This document shows, piece by piece, positions 36,959 through 45,833 of a DNA stretch of 64,000 bases (positions are counted from its first letter, which is position 1; each line of letters begins with the position of its first letter). The notes under the pieces were generated by a model. It was not told where the DNA came from. It did not search any database and saw only the letters and a list, made by a program, of their open reading frames with translations. This stretch comes from Clostridiales bacterium (GTDB lineage Bacteria > Bacillota > Clostridia > Christensenellales > CAG-138): positions 60,583-124,582 of the forward strand of contig DXWI01000003.1 of the NCBI GenBank assembly GCA_019416935.1, written 5' to 3'. The translations under genes were made by a program, and so were the position numbers.

Positions 36959-37936
36959 TTATGCGATGCGCGGCGCGCTCGTGCTCTTGAGCAGCTCATC
37001 GAGCACCGCCGTCGCCGTCGCGCCCGCGCTCTCCGCCTCGGGCGTGAGCAGCAGCCGGTGCGCCACCGTTTCGCGATAGATCAGCTTCACGTCGGCCGGC
37101 AGCACATAGTCGCGCCCCTGCACATAGGCCACGGCGCGCGCCATGGCCGTCACCGCCAGCGACGCGCGCGGGCTTGCGCCCTGCATCACCTTTGGGTGTG
37201 CGCGCGTGCCGCCGTTGAGGCGGATGATATAGTCGAGCACCGCGTCGTCCACAAACACCGCGTCCACGCGCTCGCGCATAGCCATCAGGCCGCCCGGGCC
37301 GACGACCTCGCGCACGCTGTCGAGCGGATTGACCGCACCCTGCCGGCGGCGCAGCATCTCGCGCTCATCTTCCGCGCGCGGATAGCCGATCGACAGGCGC
37401 ACCATAAAGCGGTCCATCTGCGAATCGGGCAGAAGCTGCGTACCGGAAGCGCCGACCGGATTCTGCGTGGCGATGACCACGAACGGCTGCGGCACGGCAT
37501 GGGTCACGCCGTCCACCGTCACCTGCCCCTCCTCCATGGCCTCGAGCAGCGCGGACTGCGTGCGGCTCGTCGCGCGGTTGAGCTCATCCGCGAGAAACAG
37601 GTTGCACAGCACCGCGCCCTCGTGGTATTTCATGGAGTCGGTGGTCTTGTCGTACACGGAAAAGCCGAGAATATCCGATGGCAGCACGTCCGGCGTGAAC
37701 TGCACGCGGTTATAATGGAGCGCCAGCGCCTTGGAAAAGGCGAGCGCCATGGTCGTCTTGCCGACGCCGGGCATGTCCTCGAGCAGGATATGGCCGCGCG
37801 CCAAAATGGCCAGCAATACCCGCACCAACACGGATTCCTTGCCGACGACAGCCTTCCGAACCTCTTCAATGATCGTTTCAACGCCGCTGATTGGAGCGCA
37901 CCTCCCCTTTCGGACGCTGCGCGCGGCAGCGCCCAA
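36959..37936 (-). CDS. MoxR-family AAA+ ATPase
   Basis: LLEDMPGVGKTT (Walker A), LFLADELNRA (Walker B) and VIATQNP. The start is uncertain: TTG 37936 from the track, while a GGGGAGG at about 37905-37912 suggests a shorter N-terminus. Confidence 0.85.
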   Translation of the reverse strand: MGAAARSVRKGRCAPISGVETIIEEVRKAVVGKESVLVRVLLAILARGHILLEDMPGVGKTTMALAFSKALALHYNRVQFTPDVLPSDILGFSVYDKTTDSMKYHEGAVLCNLFLADELNRATSRTQSALLEAMEEGQVTVDGVTHAVPQPFVVIATQNPVGASGTQLLPDSQMDRFMVRLSIGYPRAEDEREMLRRRQGAVNPLDSVREVVGPGGLMAMRERVDAVFVDDAVLDYIIRLNGGTRAHPKVMQGASPRASLAVTAMARAVAYVQGRDYVLPADVKLIYRETVAHRLLLTPEAESAGATATAVLDELLKSTSAPRIA

Positions 37937-37962
37937 TGATACCGTAATATGGGAACAGTATC

Positions 37963-37992
37963 ATTATAGCGCCCTCCCCGCCGCAGCGGCAA
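37963..37992 (-). promoter_or_regulatory. candidate promoter of the MoxR operon
   Basis: Minus strand reads TTGCCG, 18 nt, TATAAT (37968-37963). Confidence 0.4.
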
Positions 37993-38081
37993 GCCGCCGC
38001 CGGTAGGGATTCTGTAAACAAACTCCAAACAATACCCCAGCGTGAGCCTTGCCGCCGTTTCGTCCGCCGTCTGCTGTTATG

Positions 38082-38118
38082 CAAAAAATCACGCCCCGCC
38101 GCAGTCGCCGGGGGGCGT
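38082..38118 (-). terminator. rho-independent terminator
   Basis: Minus strand reads CACGCCCC ... GGGGCGTG followed by ATTTTTT. Confidence 0.6.
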
Positions 38119-38168
38119 GCCAATCCTGTCATTCGTTTCAGGCTGCTCAGGCGTGCCGGACTTTGCGC

Positions 38169-39086
38169 TTATGCCGGGCCGTTCTGTCCGTTTACCGCAT
38201 CCTCCGCATCCGTCCGGCCATCCTCTGGGGCTTCCCCGTCCGGAGCTTTGGGCTGCGCGCCGCTCTGCTCCGACTCCGGCACGGTCGGGATGAACCGCCG
38301 CGCAAACCGGCCGCGGCCGCGGTTTTTGACGTAGAAGAAGCCGATCACGCTGAACACGACCGCACCGACCAGATTCACGAACAAATCCTTCATCGTATCA
38401 TGCAGGCCGATGTCCAGATAGCCGCCGAGCCCCAGCGGTTCGCCGTTGATGTATACCTCCTCAATGCCGGAGATGGTGACCGCCGTGTTGGCGCCGCTCG
38501 GATTGAGCATGACCGAGGAGATGGAATGCAGAATGGTGTCCTTCTGCATATCCATGTTCAAGACCTGATCGCCCGCATACTCCAAAAATTCCCACAGCAC
38601 GCCGATCGTCATCGAGAAGCAGAACGCCACGACCGCCATGAACAGCGGCGAAAGCTCAAACGTGAACCGCCTGTTGCGATTGAAGATATCGACCAGCGCA
38701 AAGCCCACCGCCGCGCACAAAAAGCCGTTGACCGTGTGGAGCATGGTATCCCAGCCGGTCACGCGCAGATAATAGCTTTGCAGCTCTCCGAGAATCTCCG
38801 CCGCGAATATGAACAGCAAAATGATGATTTCCAGCGTGCTCGGCAGTTCGATGCCGAAGTTTGCCTGCACAAACATGGGCAGTTGGAACAGCACCAGCGT
38901 GAGCAGGCAGTAGAACACGCTCTCATAGTGCCCGCGCAGCAGCGACGCCGCCAGCGCCACCAGCACGAACACGCGCAGCACGACATAGACAAAAAACGTG
39001 CTCTTGTTCTCGTGCATCTGGGCCCGCATCCGCTGCCAGAGATCCCCGCGCTTTGCCGGTTTTTCCCGCTTCATAGCGTCCTCCAT
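38169..39086 (-). CDS. hypothetical multi-pass membrane protein
   Basis: 305 aa from ATG 39086 (GAGGGGGA RBS) with about 6 TM helices. Charged C-terminal tail. No family recognised with confidence. Confidence 0.55.
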   Translation of the reverse strand: MEDAMKREKPAKRGDLWQRMRAQMHENKSTFFVYVVLRVFVLVALAASLLRGHYESVFYCLLTLVLFQLPMFVQANFGIELPSTLEIIILLFIFAAEILGELQSYYLRVTGWDTMLHTVNGFLCAAVGFALVDIFNRNRRFTFELSPLFMAVVAFCFSMTIGVLWEFLEYAGDQVLNMDMQKDTILHSISSVMLNPSGANTAVTISGIEEVYINGEPLGLGGYLDIGLHDTMKDLFVNLVGAVVFSVIGFFYVKNRGRGRFARRFIPTVPESEQSGAQPKAPDGEAPEDGRTDAEDAVNGQNGPA

Positions 39087-39103
39087 CCCTCTGTCCCCCT
39101 CGG

Positions 39104-39712
39104 TCACAGTCCCAGCGCCTCGTCCACGAGCAGCACATGGAATTCCTGGGCCACGCGCGTGGGATACTCGTGGATGGCCACGACGTTGCACATGCGCGCG
39201 CGCGTGCGGCAGTCGGCGCATATGCCGGTCTGTGCGCACGGCGTGTTCAGGCCAAGCCGGCGCGCATTTTCGGGGCAGCAGTCGCGCCGGATGCGCTTGA
39301 TCGCCTCATCCAGTCCGCCGTCCACGATCTTGTTCCTGCCGACGATCACGATGACCACCGGAGGCCCGAAGATCAGGCCGGCAACGCGGTTGCCCGTGCC
39401 GTCGATGTTGACGATGCGGCCGTCCGTCAGCACAGCGTTGGAGGAGGAAACGAACACCTCGGCCGCCTGCGCGGCCCGCTCGACGGCGATCCTGTCCTCC
39501 GTTGGCGCGTGCCAGTGCCAGTACAGCGTGTTGTTCTGCGCAGAGAGCGCCTCATACAGGCCGATATCGCGCACGGTCGCGCTGCCGCCGAATCCCACGC
39601 TCCGGCTGCCGATGATGGCGAGCGCCGCATCGCGCGCGGCAGCCGCGTCCGGCAGAAGCTGCGGCAAAAAGCCGCGTCCCTTCAGATTTTTCAACAGCGC
39701 ATCGTATTCCAT
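39104..39712 (-). CDS. LUD-domain (lactate-utilisation LutC/YkgG-like) protein
   Basis: 202 aa with a GGGAGGA RBS. SRSVGFGGSATV ... SSSNAVLTDGRIVNIDGTGNRV ... VVIVIVGRNKIV are typical LUD blocks. A Cys-rich C-terminal segment follows. Confidence 0.65.
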   Translation of the reverse strand: MEYDALLKNLKGRGFLPQLLPDAAAARDAALAIIGSRSVGFGGSATVRDIGLYEALSAQNNTLYWHWHAPTEDRIAVERAAQAAEVFVSSSNAVLTDGRIVNIDGTGNRVAGLIFGPPVVIVIVGRNKIVDGGLDEAIKRIRRDCCPENARRLGLNTPCAQTGICADCRTRARMCNVVAIHEYPTRVAQEFHVLLVDEALGL

Positions 39713-39775
39713 CGTTCCTCCCGACTCGACCGCTGCGGCCGATTGTCCATAGCGGCGATATTGATATTCCCTTCT

Positions 39776-39804
39776 ATTTTATGGGCGCTCGTTCCATCTG
39801 TCAA
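39776..39804 (-). promoter_or_regulatory. candidate sigma-A promoter of the LUD-domain gene
   Basis: Minus strand reads TTGACA (39804-39799), 17 nt, TAAAAT (39781-39776). Confidence 0.5.
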
Positions 39805-39865
39805 CCGACAGCCTCATTTCCGTTTTGCCGCGCTGGGAACGCGCCTGTCATTTTTGTTGCTGATA

Positions 39866-39904
39866 CCGCAAACAGTCGAGCGCCCTCAACGGGACGCTCG
39901 ACTG
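39866..39904 (-). terminator. candidate terminator closing the 40-50 kb cluster
   Basis: Minus strand reads CAGTCGAGCG, 12-nt loop, CGCTCGACTG, followed by TTTGCGG. Confidence 0.4.
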
Positions 39905-40061
39905 CGGTCGTCATCACAGACACAAGTTGGGGATTGCTCGGCGGCGGGAGCTTCCCGTTCCAATCGGTACAGAGTATTGCCCCGCAGCTTGCAATCGGTT
40001 TAACAATGCGCCGCTGAGAAAGCGCGCCCGCAAAGGTCGGGACGGTTTGTTGCCGCGTCGG

Positions 40062-40925
40062 TCAGCGGACGGGGCTTCCGCAGTATTCGCAGCAGCCGCT
40101 TGCATCCGGCATGGTCGTCGCGCCGCAGGCAGGGCAGACGACCGCCGTTTTGGGAGCGTTCGCTGCGTTGATTTCTTCCCGTACCTGCGTGCGGATTTGC
40201 GTGAGCGCCGCCTTGATCTCCTGCCCCATGTTGTAGTACTCGGCATAGTCCGGGTTCTGCATTCTCGGGTCGGTCATTGCCGCGGGATTGGCGGCCTGAT
40301 TGAGCGCGTTGTTGAGCCCCTGCAGCACGCTGCCCAAGATGTCCGCGCCCGGAATCGGTCTCATCATCGGACGGTTCGCGGCGCCAGGATTGTGGATCTC
40401 GACGCTGGAGCTGTTGAGCCTGAACCGGATTTCATCGAAGTAGGGATGGTTGACGCGGATGATCATATAGAAATCATACTCATATTCATAGCGGGGCGGG
40501 TTGTAGCTCACATGCTCCGTCCTTCCCTCGCTGTCCCTGACCTCGCGTTTGAGCTCGTTTTTGTTCTCCTGAATATCCAGATCGCAGCCGGTCACCTGTG
40601 CATAGGAAATCACATCCGGATTGGCCTGCGAAAGATCGCGTGCGGACGTCACCATGAACATGCCGGCGTCCTCATCCAAAAGCACCTTGGTGTTTCGGCC
40701 CAGCGTTCTGGTGGTATGGAATGCCGCCACCGCTCCGCGATTCGCCTCGCGGTAATCGAGCTGTGCCTTGATCTCCTCGACGGTCGAGCGCCTTCTGTCG
40801 GAAAACCACGGAGAGAGCTTTGCGGCGCACGTCTTGCAGAGGTTTCCGTCCTCCAGCTTTCGGTTGCCCAGCAACCCGATCTTCTCCCCGCACACATCGC
40901 AGTATTTCTTATCAAACAGTCCCAT
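40062..40925 (-). CDS. DUF4428-like zinc-ribbon protein with second C-terminal zinc ribbon
   Basis: 287 aa from ATG 40925 (AAGGAG RBS). N-terminal MGLFDKKYCDVCGEKIG...LCKTCAAKL. C-terminal VVCPACGATTMPDASGCCEYCGSPV. Confidence 0.65.
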   Translation of the reverse strand: MGLFDKKYCDVCGEKIGLLGNRKLEDGNLCKTCAAKLSPWFSDRRRSTVEEIKAQLDYREANRGAVAAFHTTRTLGRNTKVLLDEDAGMFMVTSARDLSQANPDVISYAQVTGCDLDIQENKNELKREVRDSEGRTEHVSYNPPRYEYEYDFYMIIRVNHPYFDEIRFRLNSSSVEIHNPGAANRPMMRPIPGADILGSVLQGLNNALNQAANPAAMTDPRMQNPDYAEYYNMGQEIKAALTQIRTQVREEINAANAPKTAVVCPACGATTMPDASGCCEYCGSPVR

Positions 40926-40954
40926 ATTGCATCTCCTTTCCAAGCATAGCGGCC

Positions 40955-42373
40955 TTACTGCTGTACATCGCCATCGTCAAAGGGATCACCGCATTCCGGG
41001 CAGAACTTGGGCGGGTGTGCCCTGTCCTCCGGCTCCCAGCCGCATTTGTCGCACCGGTATTGGGGAACGCCCGCAGATTTCTTTGCCCCGCACTCGGCGC
41101 AGAATTTTCCCTTGTTCACCGCGCCGCAGGCGCATACCCAGCCGTCCGCGGTCTGCGCGGGCATCGGCTTGCCGCACTCCATGCAGAACTTTCCGGTGTT
41201 GACCGCGCCGCAGGCGCACCACCAGCCGCTGGCGGCGGGCTTGGGCGCGGGCTTCGGTTGACCGCACGCATTGCAGAACCGCCCGGTATTGACTGCGCCG
41301 CAGGCGCACGTCCAACCGTCCGCCGGCGCGGCCTGCTGCGACTCCGGCCGCGGGTATTGGGCTTGCTGTCCCATCTGGAACAGGTTCTGGGCGTTCATGC
41401 CGCCCGCGCCCTGCGCCATGTTCATCCCCATAAAGCCCATAAACGCGCCGGCGTTTTCGTTGGCGGCCGCGGATTTCATGGCCGCTGCCTGCGCGCCCAC
41501 CAGATGCGCTGCCGCCATGTTGGGATTGCGGAACACGGCGCTCTTTTGCAGCTCCTTAATGGTGTTCTCATCCTCTTCGTTCGCCGTGATGGAACTGACA
41601 CCGAAGGATGCGACGGAAATGCCGCGCAGCGCGCCCCACCGCTGGGACAGCACGTCGTTGAGCGCCTCCCCCAATTCCTGCGTGTGGCCGGGAACCGCGC
41701 TGTAACGGATGCCCATGGCGGAGATTTTTGCAAAGGCGGGCTGCAGCGCGGTCAGCAGCTCGGTCTTTAGCTGACTGTCGATCCTGTCGCGGGTGTAGTC
41801 CGTGCTGACATTGCCGCACACGTTTTTATAGAACAGCATGGGATCGGTGAGCTTGTAGGAATACTCGCCAAAGCACTTCACGCCGATGTCCATGTCAAGG
41901 CCGATGTTCTGATCGACCACGCGGAAGGGCACGGGGCTTGCGGTACCGTACTTGTTGCCGAGGATCTCCTTGACATTGAAAAAATACACCCGCTGATCCT
42001 TGCCGGTATCGCCGCCCATGGTAAAGCGCTTTTTGAGCGTTTCCCACGAGCCCTTGATCCCCTGGCCCAGTCCCCCATAAAGGATGGTGGGCTCCGTGGA
42101 GCTGTCCCACACGAACTCGCCGGCCTCGGCCGAGAACTCGACGATAGCGCCCTGCTCAACGATCATCATGCACTGCCCCTCGTTGACGGCGATGATGGAG
42201 CCGTTGGAGATGATGTTGTCCTCGCCCCTGGTATTGCTGCTGCGGCCGGAGGTGCGCTTCACGCCCTTTGTGACCAGCACGTTCTCCGGCATGGCGTCAC
42301 AGTAGAAGAACTCCCGCCACTGATCCGCCAGCACGCCGCCGAGCGCACCGATGCCCGCTTTCAAAAGTCCCAT
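40955..42373 (-). CDS. SPFH/Band-7-like protein (YdjI/COG4260-like) with four C-terminal zinc ribbons
   Basis: 472 aa. The N-terminal ~330 aa resemble the 'virion core protein/SPFH' family. Then a Gln/Ala/Met-rich linker. Then GWTCACGAVNTGRFCNACG, GWWCACGAVNTGKFCMECG and GWVCACGAVNKGKFCAECG, plus YRCDKCGW...FCPECG. Confidence 0.7.
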   Translation of the reverse strand: MGLLKAGIGALGGVLADQWREFFYCDAMPENVLVTKGVKRTSGRSSNTRGEDNIISNGSIIAVNEGQCMMIVEQGAIVEFSAEAGEFVWDSSTEPTILYGGLGQGIKGSWETLKKRFTMGGDTGKDQRVYFFNVKEILGNKYGTASPVPFRVVDQNIGLDMDIGVKCFGEYSYKLTDPMLFYKNVCGNVSTDYTRDRIDSQLKTELLTALQPAFAKISAMGIRYSAVPGHTQELGEALNDVLSQRWGALRGISVASFGVSSITANEEDENTIKELQKSAVFRNPNMAAAHLVGAQAAAMKSAAANENAGAFMGFMGMNMAQGAGGMNAQNLFQMGQQAQYPRPESQQAAPADGWTCACGAVNTGRFCNACGQPKPAPKPAASGWWCACGAVNTGKFCMECGKPMPAQTADGWVCACGAVNKGKFCAECGAKKSAGVPQYRCDKCGWEPEDRAHPPKFCPECGDPFDDGDVQQ

Positions 42374-42463
42374 AAACGATTTCTCCCTCTATTTGATGTT
42401 CAATTGCGTAACCTTTCATAAAAAGCCCGCCGGCATCCGGCGCAGATGCCGGCGGGAGTCGGA

Positions 42464-42859
42464 TTACCCGATGGCCTTTTTGTTCTGAATACCGCCGATC
42501 AGGTAGAGCACAGGGATGACCAGACCGGTCAGCAGATTGACGATACTGAACTCGCCGCCGCCGACCACGGTAAGGATATTGGAAATGATGCAGAGCGCGA
42601 TGACGATGATGCCCCACGCAATGCAGGTGCCTGCCTTCTCCAGCTTGTTCCAGTTTTTCACGCCGATGATACCGGCGACCAATTCCAAAACCGCGCCCAC
42701 GAGCGCAATGATAACGGAAACTGTAAGCAGAGCGCTGGAAGCGCCCATGGCCGCCAGCACGCCGATGCCCGCAAATGCGATGATTGCCACAACCAGCGCT
42801 ATTGCACCGAAGACGATCATCAGAATACCCGTCACCTTTAAGAACTTTGAACCTTGCAT
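42464..42859 (-). CDS. small 4-TM membrane protein
   Basis: 131 aa from ATG 42859 (GGGAGGA RBS). Almost entirely hydrophobic helices. Confidence 0.6.
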   Translation of the reverse strand: MQGSKFLKVTGILMIVFGAIALVVAIIAFAGIGVLAAMGASSALLTVSVIIALVGAVLELVAGIIGVKNWNKLEKAGTCIAWGIIVIALCIISNILTVVGGGEFSIVNLLTGLVIPVLYLIGGIQNKKAIG

Positions 42860-42934
42860 TGAATTTTTCCTCCCAGAATTGGATTTTCTATTTGTAAATG
42901 CGCCGTACAAATCTAGGTTTCATGGTTGCGGCCC

Positions 42935-43171
42935 TTACCAGTCGCTGTCCCAATCGGTATCGCTGCTGTCCCAGTCGGAGCCGCTGTCCCAGTCAAAATC
43001 ATCGTCGTCCCAGTCGTCCGACCAATCCTGCTCGTCGGTAACGGAGTAGTATTCGCTCTGGGTAAAATCCGTCGTTTCCGAGCCGCGATGCGCCTCGCCC
43101 TCCCAGTAGTCGGCATAATGATCGGAAAGCGCTTCATCGACCGCCGTTTCCGGCTGCCACTGCTGCCGCAC
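42935..43171 (-). other. acidic Asp/Trp-rich ORF lying in frame with the upstream gene across a single TAG
   Basis: 78 codons from GTG 43171. Ends DEQDWSDDWDDDDFDWDSGSDWDSSDTDWDSDW. Same reading frame as 43187-43729 (795 nt in total). No RBS of its own was seen. Confidence 0.4.
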
Positions 43172-43186
43172 ATCGTCGAATCGATA

Positions 43187-43729
43187 CTATGAGCCCATGT
43201 TGTAGTAATAGTTCGCATCCTGATACCGATAGTACCCGTTGTCCGGCGTACCGGCCACCAGAATGGCGAGCAGACCGACCACGACCACCGCGATCAGAAT
43301 CAGGCCGCCGAGACCCTTGAAAAGGTTCCGCCACATATGCCCGTTCTGCTTTTTGCCAGCGCCGGCGCTCTTACGCAGCAGCACCTCTGACTTCAGCTTC
43401 TGGTAGATTTCATTGACGGCATAGGCCTCGTCGCTTCCGCGATAGCGGATAACCCGGGTGCCATCGGCCTTGTTCTTGTATACGACAAACTCGCCGGCCT
43501 CATCCGGATAGATGCCAAAGGCCCGCGGCTCCTGATAGTCGATGCCGATAAAGAAGCGCGCCTGCTCCAGCGGCAGATGATGTTCGCGACAAAATGCCAG
43601 GAGCCGTTCTATGGTTTTCGGTACGCCGATGCCGCCGCGGATCATCCGGCTGTTCGGCGCGCCACAGTTTGGGCAAATCTCTTCGGTATCCTGTATGTAA
43701 TTGTCGCAATACTCACACTTGACCTTCAT
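43187..43729 (-). CDS. zinc-ribbon / single-TM protein
   Basis: 180 aa with an AAGGAG RBS. MKVKCEYCDNYIQDTEEICPNCGAPN, then a cytoplasmic domain and a TM helix LGGLILIAVVVVGLLAILVA. Tyr-rich end, terminated by TAG at 43187-43189. Confidence 0.65.
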   Translation of the reverse strand: MKVKCEYCDNYIQDTEEICPNCGAPNSRMIRGGIGVPKTIERLLAFCREHHLPLEQARFFIGIDYQEPRAFGIYPDEAGEFVVYKNKADGTRVIRYRGSDEAYAVNEIYQKLKSEVLLRKSAGAGKKQNGHMWRNLFKGLGGLILIAVVVVGLLAILVAGTPDNGYYRYQDANYYYNMGS

Positions 43730-43794
43730 TCAAAAGCTCCTTTGCAATTGTCTCAAGAGCCGCCTCTCCCTTGCAAAACACGGTCGCCGGCTGC

Positions 43795-44622
43795 TCAGGC
43801 CTGCGGCTCCTCGCCTTCGCCTTCCGTCCTGTCGAACGCAATCAGCCGCGCATTTCCACCGTCCGCATCGGTCAGGGTCATGCATACGCGCCCATCCTCG
43901 TACCAGAAGTCCGCGATTGAAGCAAAGCGCTCGCCGTCCTTGACAATCTCTTTGGCATATCCGAGCAGATCGATACGCGCGTTTTCAGCGTCCCCTGCGC
44001 CGTAATGATAGTAGCCGCCCGCCTCGGGCGCGATGCACTGCTCCCCATCGATGAAAAGCGCGCAGTCAAACCAGGTGAACGAGAGTGCATACCGCCCGTC
44101 CTCACTGACCCAGTCGCCGGCGAGCGCCGCATCCAGAGGATCGCCCTCGAACACCGAGCCGGAGCCGTCGAGCATAAATAGGCTCGGCTCCAAAACCACC
44201 TGTTCTTCCGTTTCGTCGGCCATGGTCAGTCGGAGCGTGATCTGTCCCGGCCCGGCATAGGCTTCGCCGATAACGGCAAATATCGTTCCGCTCACATCCG
44301 TCAGCGCATTGGGCTCGATGGACAACGCATGGCAGGCGTCCGGGTCCGCACTGTCCGCATGCAGCAGCAGCTTCGCGTCCCGCAGGACGACCGTCCCCTG
44401 ATAATAGAGACTGATCGTGTAATCCCCGAGTTCTGCTCGGTACTGCGCATCCGCACTGCTCCAATCGCCGCTGAGCGCGTCCATCAGGATACCGTCGGCA
44501 TTGACCATGCCGGGACCGTCCACAACGAATTGGGTGCAGCCTGCCGCAAAGCCGCACAGCAGTCCCGGCAGCACGAACAATGCTAATGCTTGTATCAGTC
44601 TTCGCTTTGCCAAATCGCTCAT
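43795..44622 (-). CDS. hypothetical lipoprotein
   Basis: 275 aa. Signal peptide with lipobox AAGC. No family recognised. Confidence 0.55.
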   Translation of the reverse strand: MSDLAKRRLIQALALFVLPGLLCGFAAGCTQFVVDGPGMVNADGILMDALSGDWSSADAQYRAELGDYTISLYYQGTVVLRDAKLLLHADSADPDACHALSIEPNALTDVSGTIFAVIGEAYAGPGQITLRLTMADETEEQVVLEPSLFMLDGSGSVFEGDPLDAALAGDWVSEDGRYALSFTWFDCALFIDGEQCIAPEAGGYYHYGAGDAENARIDLLGYAKEIVKDGERFASIADFWYEDGRVCMTLTDADGGNARLIAFDRTEGEGEEPQA

Positions 44623-44641
44623 TTGTCCGAAGTCCGGCGCG

Positions 44642-45705
44642 TCAGTTCACGATTGCTAAGCACACGAAACTGCAATCACCGTTCATGGTATAGGTGAAGG
44701 ACTTCGGTGCAGGATTATACCGATCACCCGCAGCATGACTTCCCTCCCAGTACACGGAGCTACTGCTCGACGTACTCGTCACCGTAATCTTCGTACCCGC
44801 CGGCACACTGCCGCTGCTTGCGCCGGAGTATCCGCCGCCGGAGAAAACGCACCACTTGCAGCTCACGCTATAGTAGACGGGCTCCGGCGTCGGCGCCGGT
44901 GTTGCGGAGGGCTGCTGCGCGGTGGGCGCGGCCGTGGGCTTTGGCGTGGAGGCGGCCTCCCCCCTTCTTCTTCAGCACGACCTCATAGACCGTGCTTTCA
45001 CTCAAATCAAAAGCGCGAAAACTCGTGATCGTGCGGTTATAATGATATGGCACATGGTTGATCAGCCAGTAATCCACCTCGTAGCCGCGCAGAATATCCG
45101 CCTCCACATAGACCGAGATTGTGCCGCCCGGAACCGTCCCTCCCGTGGCGGCGTTCACATAGTCCTCTTCAAACACGAATTCGGTGAACGGATCGCCGCC
45201 GGCCTTGTTCTTCGCGTTAAGGAACCGCATTTCGGCGTTGATGGCGGTAATGGTCTTGACCGGGCGCAGCACCGCCTCGATCACGGTGTCGTCCTGCGCG
45301 GAGAAGGCACAGCTCTCTCCCGTTTGATCCGCCAGCCGTTCGCCGTTGAGCGCCCAGTAATCCAGCGCCATGCCCTCGGGAATGACCGCCGTCGCCGTGA
45401 GCGCAGCCATCTCTCCAACCGGAGCATCAGCGCTCGGCTCCCCATCGATGGCCGCGTTGAGCGCAAAAACCGAAAACATCTCGGGGCGCGGCCGCGGCTG
45501 TCGGTTCCGGCTCCGCAAGCAGCACCGTTTCGGCTTCGCCTCCCTTTTCGGCCGCGGCAAGCGCCGCGTTCGCCTCGTCGAGCTGCTGCTGCAAAAGCTG
45601 TGCTTGTACCTTGACGGCCTCAAGCTCTGCGGAATTGCCGCTCTGGCAGCCGGTCAGGGTCAGCAGCATCAGCGCTGCCAGTATCAAAGAGAAAACTTTC
45701 TTCAT
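44642..45705 (-). pseudogene. lipoprotein gene interrupted by two +1 frameshifts
   Basis: Three track ORFs (45427-46035 part, 44868-45623 part, 44642-44866) join into one lipoprotein (MKKVFSLILAALMLLTLTGC...). This requires removing one base from G4 (45483-45486) and one from C6 (44959-44964). Total length is 1064 nt, which is 3n+2. Confidence 0.55.
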
Positions 45706-45833
45706 TTTATTCTTCTCACAGAATGGATATGGTCGGCCGCCCCGAACGGGTCGGATCCGCCGCATGGAAAAAGCCAAACACAGCCCGCCGCCGACATTGG
45801 TCGCCTGCGGCGAGCCATGCAGGGCATCGTTCG

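Noticed and set aside
43187-43189. Genome-wide TAG reassignment (for example pyrrolysine or another sense recoding) as the explanation for the in-frame TAG
   Set aside because: asnA ends with TAG at 28415-28417, exactly where E. coli AsnA ends (...LL). The 4Fe-4S gene (58791-58793) and the LuxR gene (50187-50189) also terminate at TAG. TAG therefore functions as a stop in this genome.
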